Below, in pieces: positions 37,734-47,371 of a DNA stretch of 64,000 bases. Origin of the DNA: Pseudomonadota bacterium (GTDB lineage Bacteria > Pseudomonadota > Gammaproteobacteria > Methylococcales > Methylococcaceae); NCBI GenBank assembly GCA_041158345.1, contig JBEBBO010000008.1, positions 841 to 64,840 of the forward strand. The letters are read 5' to 3'. Made by a program: the position numbers and the translations under genes. Numbering within the stretch: position 1 is the stretch's first letter; the number at the start of each line of letters is the position of its first letter. The notes beneath the pieces were generated by a model. It was not told the DNA's origin. It was given only the letters and a program-made list of their open reading frames with translations, and searched no databases.

Positions 37734-38801
37734 TTATTCCGCCTTGTCGGATACTTCACTGTCGATGAAGGAGTTCCACGCATGATAAAGAATGGACAGA
37801 ATGCAGGGCCCGAGAAAAATTCCTGCAAGACCGAAACTTAAAATGCCTCCGATGACGCCCAGAATCATCAAAAGTATGGGGCTGTGCATCAACTTGCCGA
37901 TAACCCAAGGCCGAAGGAGATTATCCGCAGGATGCACAATGAGAAGCCCCCAAAGCACCAGACCCACGGCTTGTGGAAGTTGATTCTCAGAGATGAAGGC
38001 AAAGACCAGAGGGCCCCAGACCAAAGAGGCTCCAAGGACCGGAACCAGTGAAGCAATGACCGACAGCAAGCCCAGTAGCAAAGGGGTTTTGACACCAAAA
38101 ATCAGGTAACCGCAGGTCGCAATGAATCCCTGGAGCAACGCCCCCCCCATGATGCCTAGACTGACTGCATAGACGGTGGCATGAATGATCCCGAAATAAA
38201 CCGGGACATCAACAATACCCATACGCATCAATCCACGCTGAAGACGATCCGTGATGCAATGCCCATCTCGGATGAAAAAATAGAGGGCAACAACCATCGT
38301 GAAGAGTTGTAGCATCTGATCTGAAAGCCCGATCACCAGATGTTTGAGCGAGCGACCCATGATCGGGATCAGATTCTTGATCACACCCATCAGTTCATGG
38401 GCTTCTCTGGGGAAGGCTTGCAACACATCAACCAGCATTGGGCCAAGAAGCGGTATGCGGTTGACGATTGCCTTAAGCGCCCCGTACTGCTGCGAAAAAT
38501 CGATGGAAAGCCATTGATAGGCGAGCGACGCTTCATCCTGTAGCGTAAGCATAAGCCAGCCGACCGGCCCGACCAGAACGAAAATCCAACCCAGGATCAT
38601 GGGGATGGGGATAAGCTGGGGATGGCGCGGAAATCGAGCGCTGAGCCCATGATGGATCGGCTTGCTCAATATAGCGAGGACACCAGCCCAAATCAGGGCC
38701 ACTCGAAATGGCCAGAGGACCACAGCCCCCATGGCGATCAAGACAAATCCGAGGCTGAGGCGCCCGGCGCTGATCCCGCCAAACCTAATCAAACGACTCA
38801 T
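37734..38801 (-). CDS. AI-2E family transporter (PerM/YhhT-like, UPF0118)
   Basis: Polytopic protein with the family-typical C-terminal half (VGLVLWGLLIV...DNLLRPWVIGK...HPILLMILGVIGGILSFGLAGIFLGP). I chose the ATG at 38801. Confidence 0.85.
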   Translation of the reverse strand: MSRLIRFGGISAGRLSLGFVLIAMGAVVLWPFRVALIWAGVLAILSKPIHHGLSARFPRHPQLIPIPMILGWIFVLVGPVGWLMLTLQDEASLAYQWLSIDFSQQYGALKAIVNRIPLLGPMLVDVLQAFPREAHELMGVIKNLIPIMGRSLKHLVIGLSDQMLQLFTMVVALYFFIRDGHCITDRLQRGLMRMGIVDVPVYFGIIHATVYAVSLGIMGGALLQGFIATCGYLIFGVKTPLLLGLLSVIASLVPVLGASLVWGPLVFAFISENQLPQAVGLVLWGLLIVHPADNLLRPWVIGKLMHSPILLMILGVIGGILSFGLAGIFLGPCILSILYHAWNSFIDSEVSDKAE

Positions 38802-38819
38802 ACCCGGGCCTGCTTTCCG

Positions 38820-41495
38820 ATGAAGAGAACTTCCAGTGTAGACATAGCGACAGTGGCCACGCAATTCGATGCGTCGCTAGAGGGTCTTTCAGAGCAGCAA
38901 GCACAGCAGTTGGTCAAATCGATCGGGAAAAATGCTTTACCCCAGACGCAAACCCGCAGATTCTGGAACATCCTTCTTCCCGTCATTAAGGAACCCATGC
39001 TAGCCCTCCTCCTGGGATGTGGCACGATCTACTACGTTCTGGGGGAACCCCAAGAGGCCTTGGTTCTGTTGGCTTTTGTGGTGATCGTCATCCTGATTAC
39101 GCTTTATCAGGAGGTTAAAAGCGAGAGAGCGCTGGAGGCACTGCGCGATCTTTCGAGCCCTAAAGCCTGGGTCATCAGGGACGGCATGAAACTGCAGATC
39201 CAAAGCCAGGATTTGGTTCCAGGCGATCTGATGATGATCGCTGAAGGCGATCGGATTTGTGCCGATGGTACCGTCCTTCAAGGATCGCATCTTGCAGTCG
39301 ATGAGTCCTTACTGACCGGTGAGTCCGTTCCCGTTCGCAAGAGGGCATGGCAACTCGACGCCCTATCACGGACTCCTGGGGGGGATGATCAACCGGAGGT
39401 TTACTCTGGAACGCTGGTGGTCTCCGGGCATGGACTGGTGCGCGTCACCGGAACCGGAATCTCGACGGCATTGGGGAAAATCGGGGCGAGCCTCAACGCG
39501 ATCCAGGAGTCGCAAACCGCACTCCAAAAGGAGACGGGCTGGTGGGTAGGCCGACTGACCTTCTTTGGTCTCGGTCTTTGTCTCGTGGTGACGATCAGCC
39601 TCGGTTTGATGCACCAGGATTGGCTTGGGGGCATTCTCTCCGGTTTGACCTTGGCTATGGCCGTGTTACCGGAGGAGTTTCCCCTTGTGCTGACAATTTT
39701 TTTGGCCATGGGGGCATTCAGGCTTGCACGGGTCAAGGTGCTGACCCGACGCAACCAAACGATTGAAACGCTCGGTTCAGCGACGGTCATCTGTACCGAC
39801 AAGACCGGAACACTGACCGAAAACCGGATGCAGCTTCGCAGTTTGTGCATCAATGGCCAGTTTGCAGACTGCCTTGTTCGTGATCAGCCGATCCCCGAAA
39901 CCCACCACCGGCTAATAGAGACCGCATTATTGGCCAGTCAGAGGGATCCCTTTGATCCCATGGAGCGCGAGCTATTTGCGGTCGGTAGAACGCATGCAGC
40001 AGATCATGTCCATGACGCCTGGCGACTTGAAAAGCAGTATCCGCTGACCCGTGAATTGCTTGCGATGTCCTGTGTCTGGACCGCGGAGGCCGATAGTCAG
40101 GAATTCATTGTTGCGACCAAAGGCGCTCCCGAAGCCGTCATGGATCTTTGTCACCTGGGAAGCGGAGAAGCCGCTGCCATTCGCCGCGACATCAACCGAA
40201 TGGCCGAAAAAGGGCTGCGTGTGCTTGGGGTTGCGCGGACCCATGCGCAAACACTTCCAATCATTCAGCACGACTTTCCATTTGAATTTGCGGGCCTGAT
40301 CGGGTTCATGGATCCGATTCGGGAACAGGTACCCGCTGCGATCCGGCTGTGCCAATCTGCAGGAATCCGCATCGTGATGATGACGGGCGACTATCCGATC
40401 ACCGCCCAGCAGATCGGCCAAGACATTGGATTGTCCCAAGGGCGGATTGTCACGGGCGATGAACTGGAACAGATGTCGGAGCAAGCCCTCCGATTGGCCC
40501 TTCCTTCAATCAGTATCTTCGCCCGCGTGGTGCCAGAACAAAAGCTCAAAATCATCCAAAGTCTCCAGGCGTGTGGCGAAATCGTCGCCATGACCGGCGA
40601 TGGGGTCAACGATGCGCCGGCCCTCAAGGCCGCTAATATCGGGATTGCAATGGGTCTTCGTGGCACGGATGTGGCCCGCGAAGCATCGGACCTCGTCCTA
40701 CTGAATGATGCCTTTGATGCCATAGTCGAAGGCATTCGGATGGGCCGCAGGATTTTTGATAATCTTCGAAAGGCGATGGCCTACATCATTGCGGTCCACC
40801 TGCCTATCGCCGGAATCAGTCTGCTCCCCCTCCTGTTGGAATCGGCGACCCACCATGTCTGGCCCAGTGTCTTGATGCCCATTCATATCGTATTTCTCGA
40901 ATTAATCATTGATCCGGCATGCACCATCGTGTTCGAAGTGGAGCCTGATGAGAAGGGCATCATGAACCGCGCACCCCGCCCCGCTGGCGCAGGCATTTTT
41001 TCTGCAAAAGTCCTGAGACTATCCATCACGCAAGGACTGCTAGGGCTGGTGAGCAGCGCGACGGTCTATTGCTACGCCGTCCTGAGTGGTCTTGAAGAGG
41101 ATGCCGTCAGGAGCGTGACATTTGCCAACCTGGTCTTCGTTAATCTGGCGCTGTTATGGGTCAACCGTTCCTGGAATGCCAGCTTTATCGATTCACTGAG
41201 GGTCAGAAATTCGGCCTTGTGGTGGGTCATGGGAGGAACCTTGAGCACGTTGACTGTCGCCTTAATGATGCCCAAAGCCCAGACCCTTTTTCATTTTCAG
41301 CCGGCTTCCAACGAGAGCTTCGTTCTGGCCTTTGTGGCCTCTGCCCTCTCCGTCGCTTGGTTTGAAGTCTACAAGGCGATCGGCCGTTATCGACAGCGTA
41401 ACCCCGTGCGGCCGCATAAGGCTTCACCGCTGAAGTTCCATTCGCAAAGAGCAGGCATGAGAAAAAAGAATCGCAAACGGCGCCATCGACGTTGA
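38820..41495 (+). CDS. cation-transporting P-type ATPase (P2-like, HAD-IC)
   Basis: Cation_ATPase_N-like start (LSEQQAQQLVKSIGKNALP), TGES, PEEFP, DKTGTLTEN, MMTGD and GDGVNDAPALKAANIGIAMG. I chose the ATG at 38820, because the upstream part of the track ORF is antisense to the transporter gene. Confidence 0.9.
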   Translation: MKRTSSVDIATVATQFDASLEGLSEQQAQQLVKSIGKNALPQTQTRRFWNILLPVIKEPMLALLLGCGTIYYVLGEPQEALVLLAFVVIVILITLYQEVKSERALEALRDLSSPKAWVIRDGMKLQIQSQDLVPGDLMMIAEGDRICADGTVLQGSHLAVDESLLTGESVPVRKRAWQLDALSRTPGGDDQPEVYSGTLVVSGHGLVRVTGTGISTALGKIGASLNAIQESQTALQKETGWWVGRLTFFGLGLCLVVTISLGLMHQDWLGGILSGLTLAMAVLPEEFPLVLTIFLAMGAFRLARVKVLTRRNQTIETLGSATVICTDKTGTLTENRMQLRSLCINGQFADCLVRDQPIPETHHRLIETALLASQRDPFDPMERELFAVGRTHAADHVHDAWRLEKQYPLTRELLAMSCVWTAEADSQEFIVATKGAPEAVMDLCHLGSGEAAAIRRDINRMAEKGLRVLGVARTHAQTLPIIQHDFPFEFAGLIGFMDPIREQVPAAIRLCQSAGIRIVMMTGDYPITAQQIGQDIGLSQGRIVTGDELEQMSEQALRLALPSISIFARVVPEQKLKIIQSLQACGEIVAMTGDGVNDAPALKAANIGIAMGLRGTDVAREASDLVLLNDAFDAIVEGIRMGRRIFDNLRKAMAYIIAVHLPIAGISLLPLLLESATHHVWPSVLMPIHIVFLELIIDPACTIVFEVEPDEKGIMNRAPRPAGAGIFSAKVLRLSITQGLLGLVSSATVYCYAVLSGLEEDAVRSVTFANLVFVNLALLWVNRSWNASFIDSLRVRNSALWWVMGGTLSTLTVALMMPKAQTLFHFQPASNESFVLAFVASALSVAWFEVYKAIGRYRQRNPVRPHKASPLKFHSQRAGMRKKNRKRRHRR

Positions 41496-41870
41496 ATCAT
41501 CTATGGAACTACCGAATTCTGATGGCGAAAATATCCACAGCGGGGTATGATATGTCGTTCTCCAAAAGGAGGGATCCTTTTCGCGAGAGTTAGTCACAGC
41601 TTCTCCCTCCCCGCGCGATCACAACCATCAGCTACTGGCTGAGAACGCCAAGGGTACCCCAGATTTTTCGTCGAACTGGTGGTACTGGAATCGCTGATAT
41701 CAGCAATCAATCGTCTTCCCTCGTGTTCTGACGAACCACGATTGGCGTGGGTCACGTATCTTGCGTTGAGTCTTTTCAGAGGCTCCGCTCGATATGGCAT
41801 CACACACTCATTTACGGTCTGAACGGCAAAGACCCGTCCATGGCCAAGCTACCCGTGAGGTCCCTCTAAA

Positions 41871-42134
41871 ATGATCAGGCTACGTGTTGGGAATCTGCCC
41901 AGCGACATGAACGAAAAAGAATTCAATGAACTGTTCGCGGAATTTGGCCGCGTGTTCAATTATGAGCTCACCCGTGACATCTTCACCGGCCGTTGCCGTG
42001 GTTTTGGATTTGTCGACATGGAAGGTCACGAAGCCCGGGCAGCAATTGCCGGACTGAATGGCAAGACTGTGAAGGGAAATAGCCTCCGGGTTGGCGAAGA
42101 ACGCGCCCGCAGTGGCCGCGGCGGCCGGCGATAA
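41871..42134 (+). CDS. RRM-type RNA-binding protein (paralog 4, divergent, RGG tail)
   Basis: RNP2-like LRVGNLPS, RNP1 RGFGFVDM, and C-terminal SGRGGRR. Confidence 0.85.
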   Translation: MIRLRVGNLPSDMNEKEFNELFAEFGRVFNYELTRDIFTGRCRGFGFVDMEGHEARAAIAGLNGKTVKGNSLRVGEERARSGRGGRR

Positions 42135-42195
42135 GGCTGCGTCGATCCGTCCCGAGCCACCCGGCAAATCCCGAATCATCTATTTAGGTAAAAAT

Positions 42196-42507
42196 ATGGC
42201 CAAGAATTTATACGTTAGTAACTTAAGCTATGGCGTTGATACGCAACAACTCCAGGAGATCTTCGAAGCTTACGGCGAAATCCAGTCGGCCAAGGTCATC
42301 ATGGATCGAGATACGGGTCGTTCCAGAGGTTTTGGCTTTGTCGAAATGACCTCTGATGCAGACGCCAACTCAGCCATCTCCGCACTCAACGGCAAAGAAG
42401 TCGATGGACGCGCGATGATTGTGAACGAGGCTCGCCCTCGCGAAGAAGGTGGTTCCAACGCGTTTGGTGCCGGTCGACCCCGCCCAGGTGCGAATCGTCG
42501 CTATTGA
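42196..42507 (+). CDS. RRM-type RNA-binding protein (paralog 5)
   Basis: The ATG at 42196 lies within track ORF 42091-42507. RNP2 LYVSNLSY and RNP1 RGFGFVEM. Confidence 0.9.
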   Translation: MAKNLYVSNLSYGVDTQQLQEIFEAYGEIQSAKVIMDRDTGRSRGFGFVEMTSDADANSAISALNGKEVDGRAMIVNEARPREEGGSNAFGAGRPRPGANRRY

Positions 42508-42534
42508 TCGTCCTTTAGAACCTTCAGGGACAAC

Positions 42535-42560
42535 AAAAAGGCCGCATTAGCGGCCTTTTT
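42535..42560. terminator. bidirectional rho-independent terminator
   Basis: AAAAA-GGCCGC-ATTA-GCGGCC-TTTTT, lying between the convergent RRM gene and gnd. Confidence 0.75.
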
Positions 42561-42627
42561 GATGCGTGCCATTTTCCCCTGGGCCGATCAATGACAGTGG
42601 TCGTCCCAGAGCATGGATGAATCCGCG

Positions 42628-44043
42628 TTAGAACCAGTCATTGTGGAAGAACTGGCCTTCCGGCTTATCCAGACGCTCAAAGGTATGGGCACCAAAGAAG
42701 TCGCGCTGGGCCTGAAGGAGATTCTGAGGCAGTCGTGCCGTCCGGTAGCTGTCGTAGTAAGACAGCGCAGAGGAGAATGCAGGGGTAGCCACCCCGTACT
42801 CAACCGCCACCTGAGCCACCTTCCGCCAGTTCGCCTGCGTATTCACGATGATGTCCCTGAAGTAGGGATCAAGAATCAGGTTCTTGAGCGCTGGATTCTT
42901 TCGATAGGCATCCGTGATGCGATTCAGGAAACGGGCGCGAATGATGCAGCCGCCACGCCAGATGGAAGAAATGTCTCCAAAGTTGAGTTTCCAGCCGTAG
43001 AGCTCAGATGCCGCGCCCAACTGAACGAAGCCTTGCGCATAACTGATGATCTTGCTGGCATAAAGTGCATCCCGAACCGCCGTAATCAGTGCCTCCCGAT
43101 CACCGGTATACGCTCCCGGATTAGGCCCCGGCAAGACTTTTGAGGCCTCCAGACGCTCGGTTCTGAGGGAACTGAGGATACGACCCTCAACTGCACTGGC
43201 AATCACGGAAAGGGGGACGCCCATTTCTGTCGCATGCCCCACAGTCCATTTCCCGGTGCCCTTCTGTCCGGCCTTGTCGACGATCACATCCACCAGAGGC
43301 TGACCGGTTTCCGGATCCTTGTGCGTGAAGATTTTGGCCGTGATATCGATCAGGAAGGAATCCAGATCGCCTTGATTCCAATCATTGAAGATTTTTGCAA
43401 ACTCTTCCGCACTCGGATTGAGTACCGACTTCAGGATCGCATAGGCCTCGCAGATCAACTGCATGTCGCCGTATTCAATGCCGTTATGGACCATCTTCAC
43501 ATAGTGGCCGGCCCCATCGGTGCCCATGTGGCGACAGCAGGGCTCCCCTTCCGCGACCGCAGCAATCTTGGTGTAAATCGGCGAAATGGCCTTCCAGCCC
43601 TCGGCGGAACCACCCGGCATGATGGAGGGTCCCTTCAATGCGCCCTCCTCGCCTCCCGAGACACCGACGCCGAAAAAGTGAATGCCGATCTCCTTCAGCC
43701 TTTTTTCTCGGCGCTGCGTATCCGTCCAAAGCGAATTGCCGCCATCAATGATGATGTCACCGGGCTCCAGCAGCGGAATCAGCTGGTCAATCACGGCATC
43801 CACAGGCCCGCCCGCCTTGACCATGATCTGCATCTTCCTGGGCTTGGCCAAGGCCCCCACGAAGGATTCAAGGGTTTTGCAGGGCGTAATGCGTTTGCCT
43901 TTGGCACGGCCCTCGGCAAATTTATCGGTGACTTCCGTCGTTCGGTTGTAGACGGCAACATGAAACCCCTTGGACTCCATGTTGAGAACCAGATTCTCGC
44001 CCATGACGGCGAGACCAATCAGACCAATATCGCAACCGCTCAT
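42628..44043 (-). CDS. gnd: 6-phosphogluconate dehydrogenase (decarboxylating)
   Basis: N-terminal IGLIGLAVMGENLVLN Rossmann motif and Gnd-typical motifs (GGNS, MVHNGIEYGDMQLI, WRGGCIIR). I chose the ATG at 44043. Confidence 0.95.
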   Translation of the reverse strand: MSGCDIGLIGLAVMGENLVLNMESKGFHVAVYNRTTEVTDKFAEGRAKGKRITPCKTLESFVGALAKPRKMQIMVKAGGPVDAVIDQLIPLLEPGDIIIDGGNSLWTDTQRREKRLKEIGIHFFGVGVSGGEEGALKGPSIMPGGSAEGWKAISPIYTKIAAVAEGEPCCRHMGTDGAGHYVKMVHNGIEYGDMQLICEAYAILKSVLNPSAEEFAKIFNDWNQGDLDSFLIDITAKIFTHKDPETGQPLVDVIVDKAGQKGTGKWTVGHATEMGVPLSVIASAVEGRILSSLRTERLEASKVLPGPNPGAYTGDREALITAVRDALYASKIISYAQGFVQLGAASELYGWKLNFGDISSIWRGGCIIRARFLNRITDAYRKNPALKNLILDPYFRDIIVNTQANWRKVAQVAVEYGVATPAFSSALSYYDSYRTARLPQNLLQAQRDFFGAHTFERLDKPEGQFFHNDWF

Positions 44044-44154
44044 ATGTACCTCGGACTCTGTTGTCTTGGGGGGTGGGTATCCTAGGGATGGCCCACCCGT
44101 GTGTTGTTGCGCCTCGAAAACGTGCCTCATGGGAGGCCCGCCCCGATGCGGGGC

Positions 44155-45810
44155 TCAGTGCTTTGGCTTACGACTCACATAGGCGTTGATCAAGCCGTTG
44201 GTTGAGACGTCGTGGTGATTGACGGGTACCTGGGCTTCGATTTCCTTTTGAACCTTGCTCGCAAGCTGTTTCCCGAGTTCAACCCCCATCTGATCGAATG
44301 AGTTTATGTGCCAGACAACCCCTTGAACAAAGATCTTGTGTTCGTAGAGAGCAATGAGACTGCCAAGCGTTTCTGGCGTCAGCTTTTGATAGAGGAAGGA
44401 GTTGGACGGGCGATTTCCGCTGAATGACTTTGCCGCGGCCAGATCCTTGAGCGCCTCCCCTTCCAGCGTGCAACCGGAAGCCAGAAGTTCCGCCTTTGCT
44501 GCCTCGGGGGTTTTGCCGACCATCAAGGCTTCCGTTTGCGCAATGAAATTGGATATCAAGAGGTCATGATGCGCCTGATTGCCATTGTGGCTTTCAACCG
44601 CCGCAAGAAAGTCCGAAGGAATCAGGGTCGTTCCCTGATGCATCAATTGATAGAAGGCATGTTGCCCATTGGTCCCGGGTTGACCGAAGATGATAGGGCC
44701 CGTGCTGTAGTCGACGGGGTCACCGTCCAAATCGATACTTTTCCCGTTACTCTCCATGTCGCCTTGCTGCAGATAGGCGGTCAGATATTCGAGGTACTGA
44801 TCGTAAGGGAGAATCGCGTAGGCTTCGGCAGAGAAAAAGTTGTCGTACCAAATACCGAGGAGCCCCATGATGACGGGGATGTTTTGATCCAAGGGCGCAG
44901 TACGGAAATGCTGATCCGCCTTGTGGGCCCCCATCAGCAAGCTTTCAAAACGATCCATGCCGACAGCGATCGCAATAGGCAGGCCAATCGAAGACCAGAT
45001 CGAATATCGACCACCGACCCAGTCCCAGAATTCGAACATATTAGCCGTATCAATGCCAAACGCCTGAACCTTCTCGGCATTGGTCGAGATTGCAGCGAAA
45101 TGCTTAGCAATCGCCTTGGGATCCTTGAACTCATCCAACAACCAGGCCTTGGCCGTGTTGGCATTCGTCATGGTCTCAAGCGTCGTAAACGTTTTGGAGG
45201 CCACAAGGAACAGGGTTGTCTCGGGGTCCAATCCCTTCAGATTTTCAACAATGTCCGCTTCATCGACATTGGAAACAAAGTGAACCGAGAGGCCCGGCTG
45301 GTGGTAAGGCGTCAACGCTTTGACGACCATTCGAGGGCCCAGATCGGAGCCGCCAATGCCGATATTCACGACATCGGTGATGGCCTTTCCAGTCCAGCCC
45401 TTCCAGGCACCCGAACGCACCTTCTCTGAAAAAGAGCGCATGCTCTCGAGGACCCGATTGACATCGGGCATGACGTCCTTGCCATCGAGAAGCACCGGAT
45501 GGTTCGAGCGGTTTCGAAGCGCCGTATGGAGCACCGCCCGGTTTTCGGTGAGGTTGATCCTGCGGCCTTCAAACATGGCCTCACGCTTTTCAGCGACCTT
45601 GGCCGATTCGGCAAGGGTCAGGAGTAGGCCCAGGGTTTCATCGGTGACGCGATTCTTGGAATAATCGAAGAGAATATCGCCAAATTGAATGGAGTAACGC
45701 TGGAAACGCGTGGGATCGTCGCGGAACAGGTCACGCATGTGAAGCTGCTCCACCACTTTCTGGTGTGATTTGAGCGAATTCCAAACGGGAAGATCATCAG
45801 GCTGGGTCAT
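44155..45810 (-). CDS. pgi: glucose-6-phosphate isomerase
   Basis: PGI signatures: [32 protein letters not shown] and GQHAFYQL. Confidence 0.95.
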   Translation of the reverse strand: MTQPDDLPVWNSLKSHQKVVEQLHMRDLFRDDPTRFQRYSIQFGDILFDYSKNRVTDETLGLLLTLAESAKVAEKREAMFEGRRINLTENRAVLHTALRNRSNHPVLLDGKDVMPDVNRVLESMRSFSEKVRSGAWKGWTGKAITDVVNIGIGGSDLGPRMVVKALTPYHQPGLSVHFVSNVDEADIVENLKGLDPETTLFLVASKTFTTLETMTNANTAKAWLLDEFKDPKAIAKHFAAISTNAEKVQAFGIDTANMFEFWDWVGGRYSIWSSIGLPIAIAVGMDRFESLLMGAHKADQHFRTAPLDQNIPVIMGLLGIWYDNFFSAEAYAILPYDQYLEYLTAYLQQGDMESNGKSIDLDGDPVDYSTGPIIFGQPGTNGQHAFYQLMHQGTTLIPSDFLAAVESHNGNQAHHDLLISNFIAQTEALMVGKTPEAAKAELLASGCTLEGEALKDLAAAKSFSGNRPSNSFLYQKLTPETLGSLIALYEHKIFVQGVVWHINSFDQMGVELGKQLASKVQKEIEAQVPVNHHDVSTNGLINAYVSRKPKH

Positions 45811-46198
45811 GCGTTCTCTCACTCATCAAGGTTGACCTGTCTCCTTGGGAGACGGGTAAAAAAACGGAAAGTGGAAGGTCTCCGTTTTGGCGTTTTATAG
45901 CGTTATAGCCCTCAGGCTTGAATAACTCTTTGGATCAATATCGCGTTCACGGCGATATCCTCCCTACGCTGTCTGGACAAGTGCGACAAACCCACCTGAA
46001 ATGGCGTCATACAGGCTAGGGCGCATCCCTCAACGGTCACGGCTCGAGAAAAAATGGACCGCTTTTTAGTTGCCGAAGATACTAGTCCTAATTCTTAAAG
46101 ATACACAACAATATTTCCAAATAACCCCTTTATTCTAAGGGTTAATAACCCAGATCTCAAAAGAGCTTCAGCGGACCTGTGGGCCTCTAGGCCAGACG

Positions 46199-47242
46199 TC
46201 AAAGGGTCGCCATATCGATCACAAACCGGTAGCGCACGTCACTCCTGAGCATGCGTTCATAGGCCTCATTGATGGCCGACATGGAGATCAACTCAATGTC
46301 CGAAAGCACCTCATGTTGCGCACAGAAATCAAGCATCTCCTGCGTTTCAGCAATGCCACCAATCAAGGAACCTGCGATGGATCGGCGCTTGAAAATCAGC
46401 GTAAACGGCTGAACCGCCGGGTGCGCTTGCTCCGGCGCCCCGACGAGTACGAGTTGACCATTTTTCGTCAGGAGATTGAGATACAGTTCAAGATCATGAC
46501 TGACCGCAACGGTATCCACAATGAGATCCAATCGTCCGGCCCAATGTGCCATGGCGTCGAAATCCGTCGAGACGCAGACATGATCCGCCCCGAGCCTCAG
46601 ACCGTCTTCAATCTTGCTCTTTGATGTCGTAAAGAGCGTCACTTCGGAACCCATGGCTTTCGCCAGTTTGACGCCCATGTGGCCCAATCCCCCGAGACCC
46701 ACGATGCCCACTTTTTTTGATGGCCCGGCACCAAAATGTTTGAGCGGGGAGTAAAGCGTGATTCCCGCACAGAGCAACGGCGCCACACGGGGGAGATCGG
46801 ATTCAGGATGGTTCACCTTGAGGACAAAGGCGCGTTTGACCACGATGGATTCGGAGTAACCGCCGAACGTGTTTTCACCCCCGTAAATGGGACCGTTGTA
46901 GGTGCCGGTAAAACCCGCTTCACAATATTGTTCTTCACCCTCCATGCAGGATGAACAATGGCCACAGCTATCGACTATGCAGCCGACGGCAGCAAAATCA
47001 CCCAAACGCAGGTCCTGCACTTCCGATCCCACGGCAGAGACGCATCCGACGATTTCATGCCCCGGTACACACGGATATTGGGTGCCATGCCATTCATTGC
47101 GGGCGGTATGCAGATCCGAGTGACAGACCCCGCAGAAGAGAATCTGAATTTGAACATCATCCGGATTCAACCCCCGCCTTGGGATGGTCAATGGCGACAG
47201 TTGCGACTCGGGGGACACGGCGCCATAGGCTTTGTAGCGCAT
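46199..47242 (-). CDS. Zn-dependent NAD(P) alcohol/aldehyde dehydrogenase (YahK/CAD-like)
   Basis: GVCHSDLH, GHEIVG, the structural-zinc Cys cluster CGHCSSCMEGEEQYC, and GLGGLGHMGVK. The ATG at 47242 is preceded by AAGGAG. The upstream 129 aa of the track ORF are rejected. Confidence 0.9.
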   Translation of the reverse strand: MRYKAYGAVSPESQLSPLTIPRRGLNPDDVQIQILFCGVCHSDLHTARNEWHGTQYPCVPGHEIVGCVSAVGSEVQDLRLGDFAAVGCIVDSCGHCSSCMEGEEQYCEAGFTGTYNGPIYGGENTFGGYSESIVVKRAFVLKVNHPESDLPRVAPLLCAGITLYSPLKHFGAGPSKKVGIVGLGGLGHMGVKLAKAMGSEVTLFTTSKSKIEDGLRLGADHVCVSTDFDAMAHWAGRLDLIVDTVAVSHDLELYLNLLTKNGQLVLVGAPEQAHPAVQPFTLIFKRRSIAGSLIGGIAETQEMLDFCAQHEVLSDIELISMSAINEAYERMLRSDVRYRFVIDMATL

Positions 47243-47371
47243 CTGGAACTCCTTGAAAGACTCGTGTGAAAATTTCGTGAGATTAAACCACGCGTTTTTG
47301 ATAAGGAAATCGATAAAATATGGGGATGCAGGGAACCCTTTGCTTGATTCTATCCCCGAGCCCCCAACCGA

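Noticed and set aside
43234-45429. Long plus-strand ORFs (283 aa and 297 aa) inside gnd and pgi
   Set aside because: These are antisense shadow ORFs within genes whose identity is unambiguous. Their composition is Arg/Gly/His-rich and atypical.
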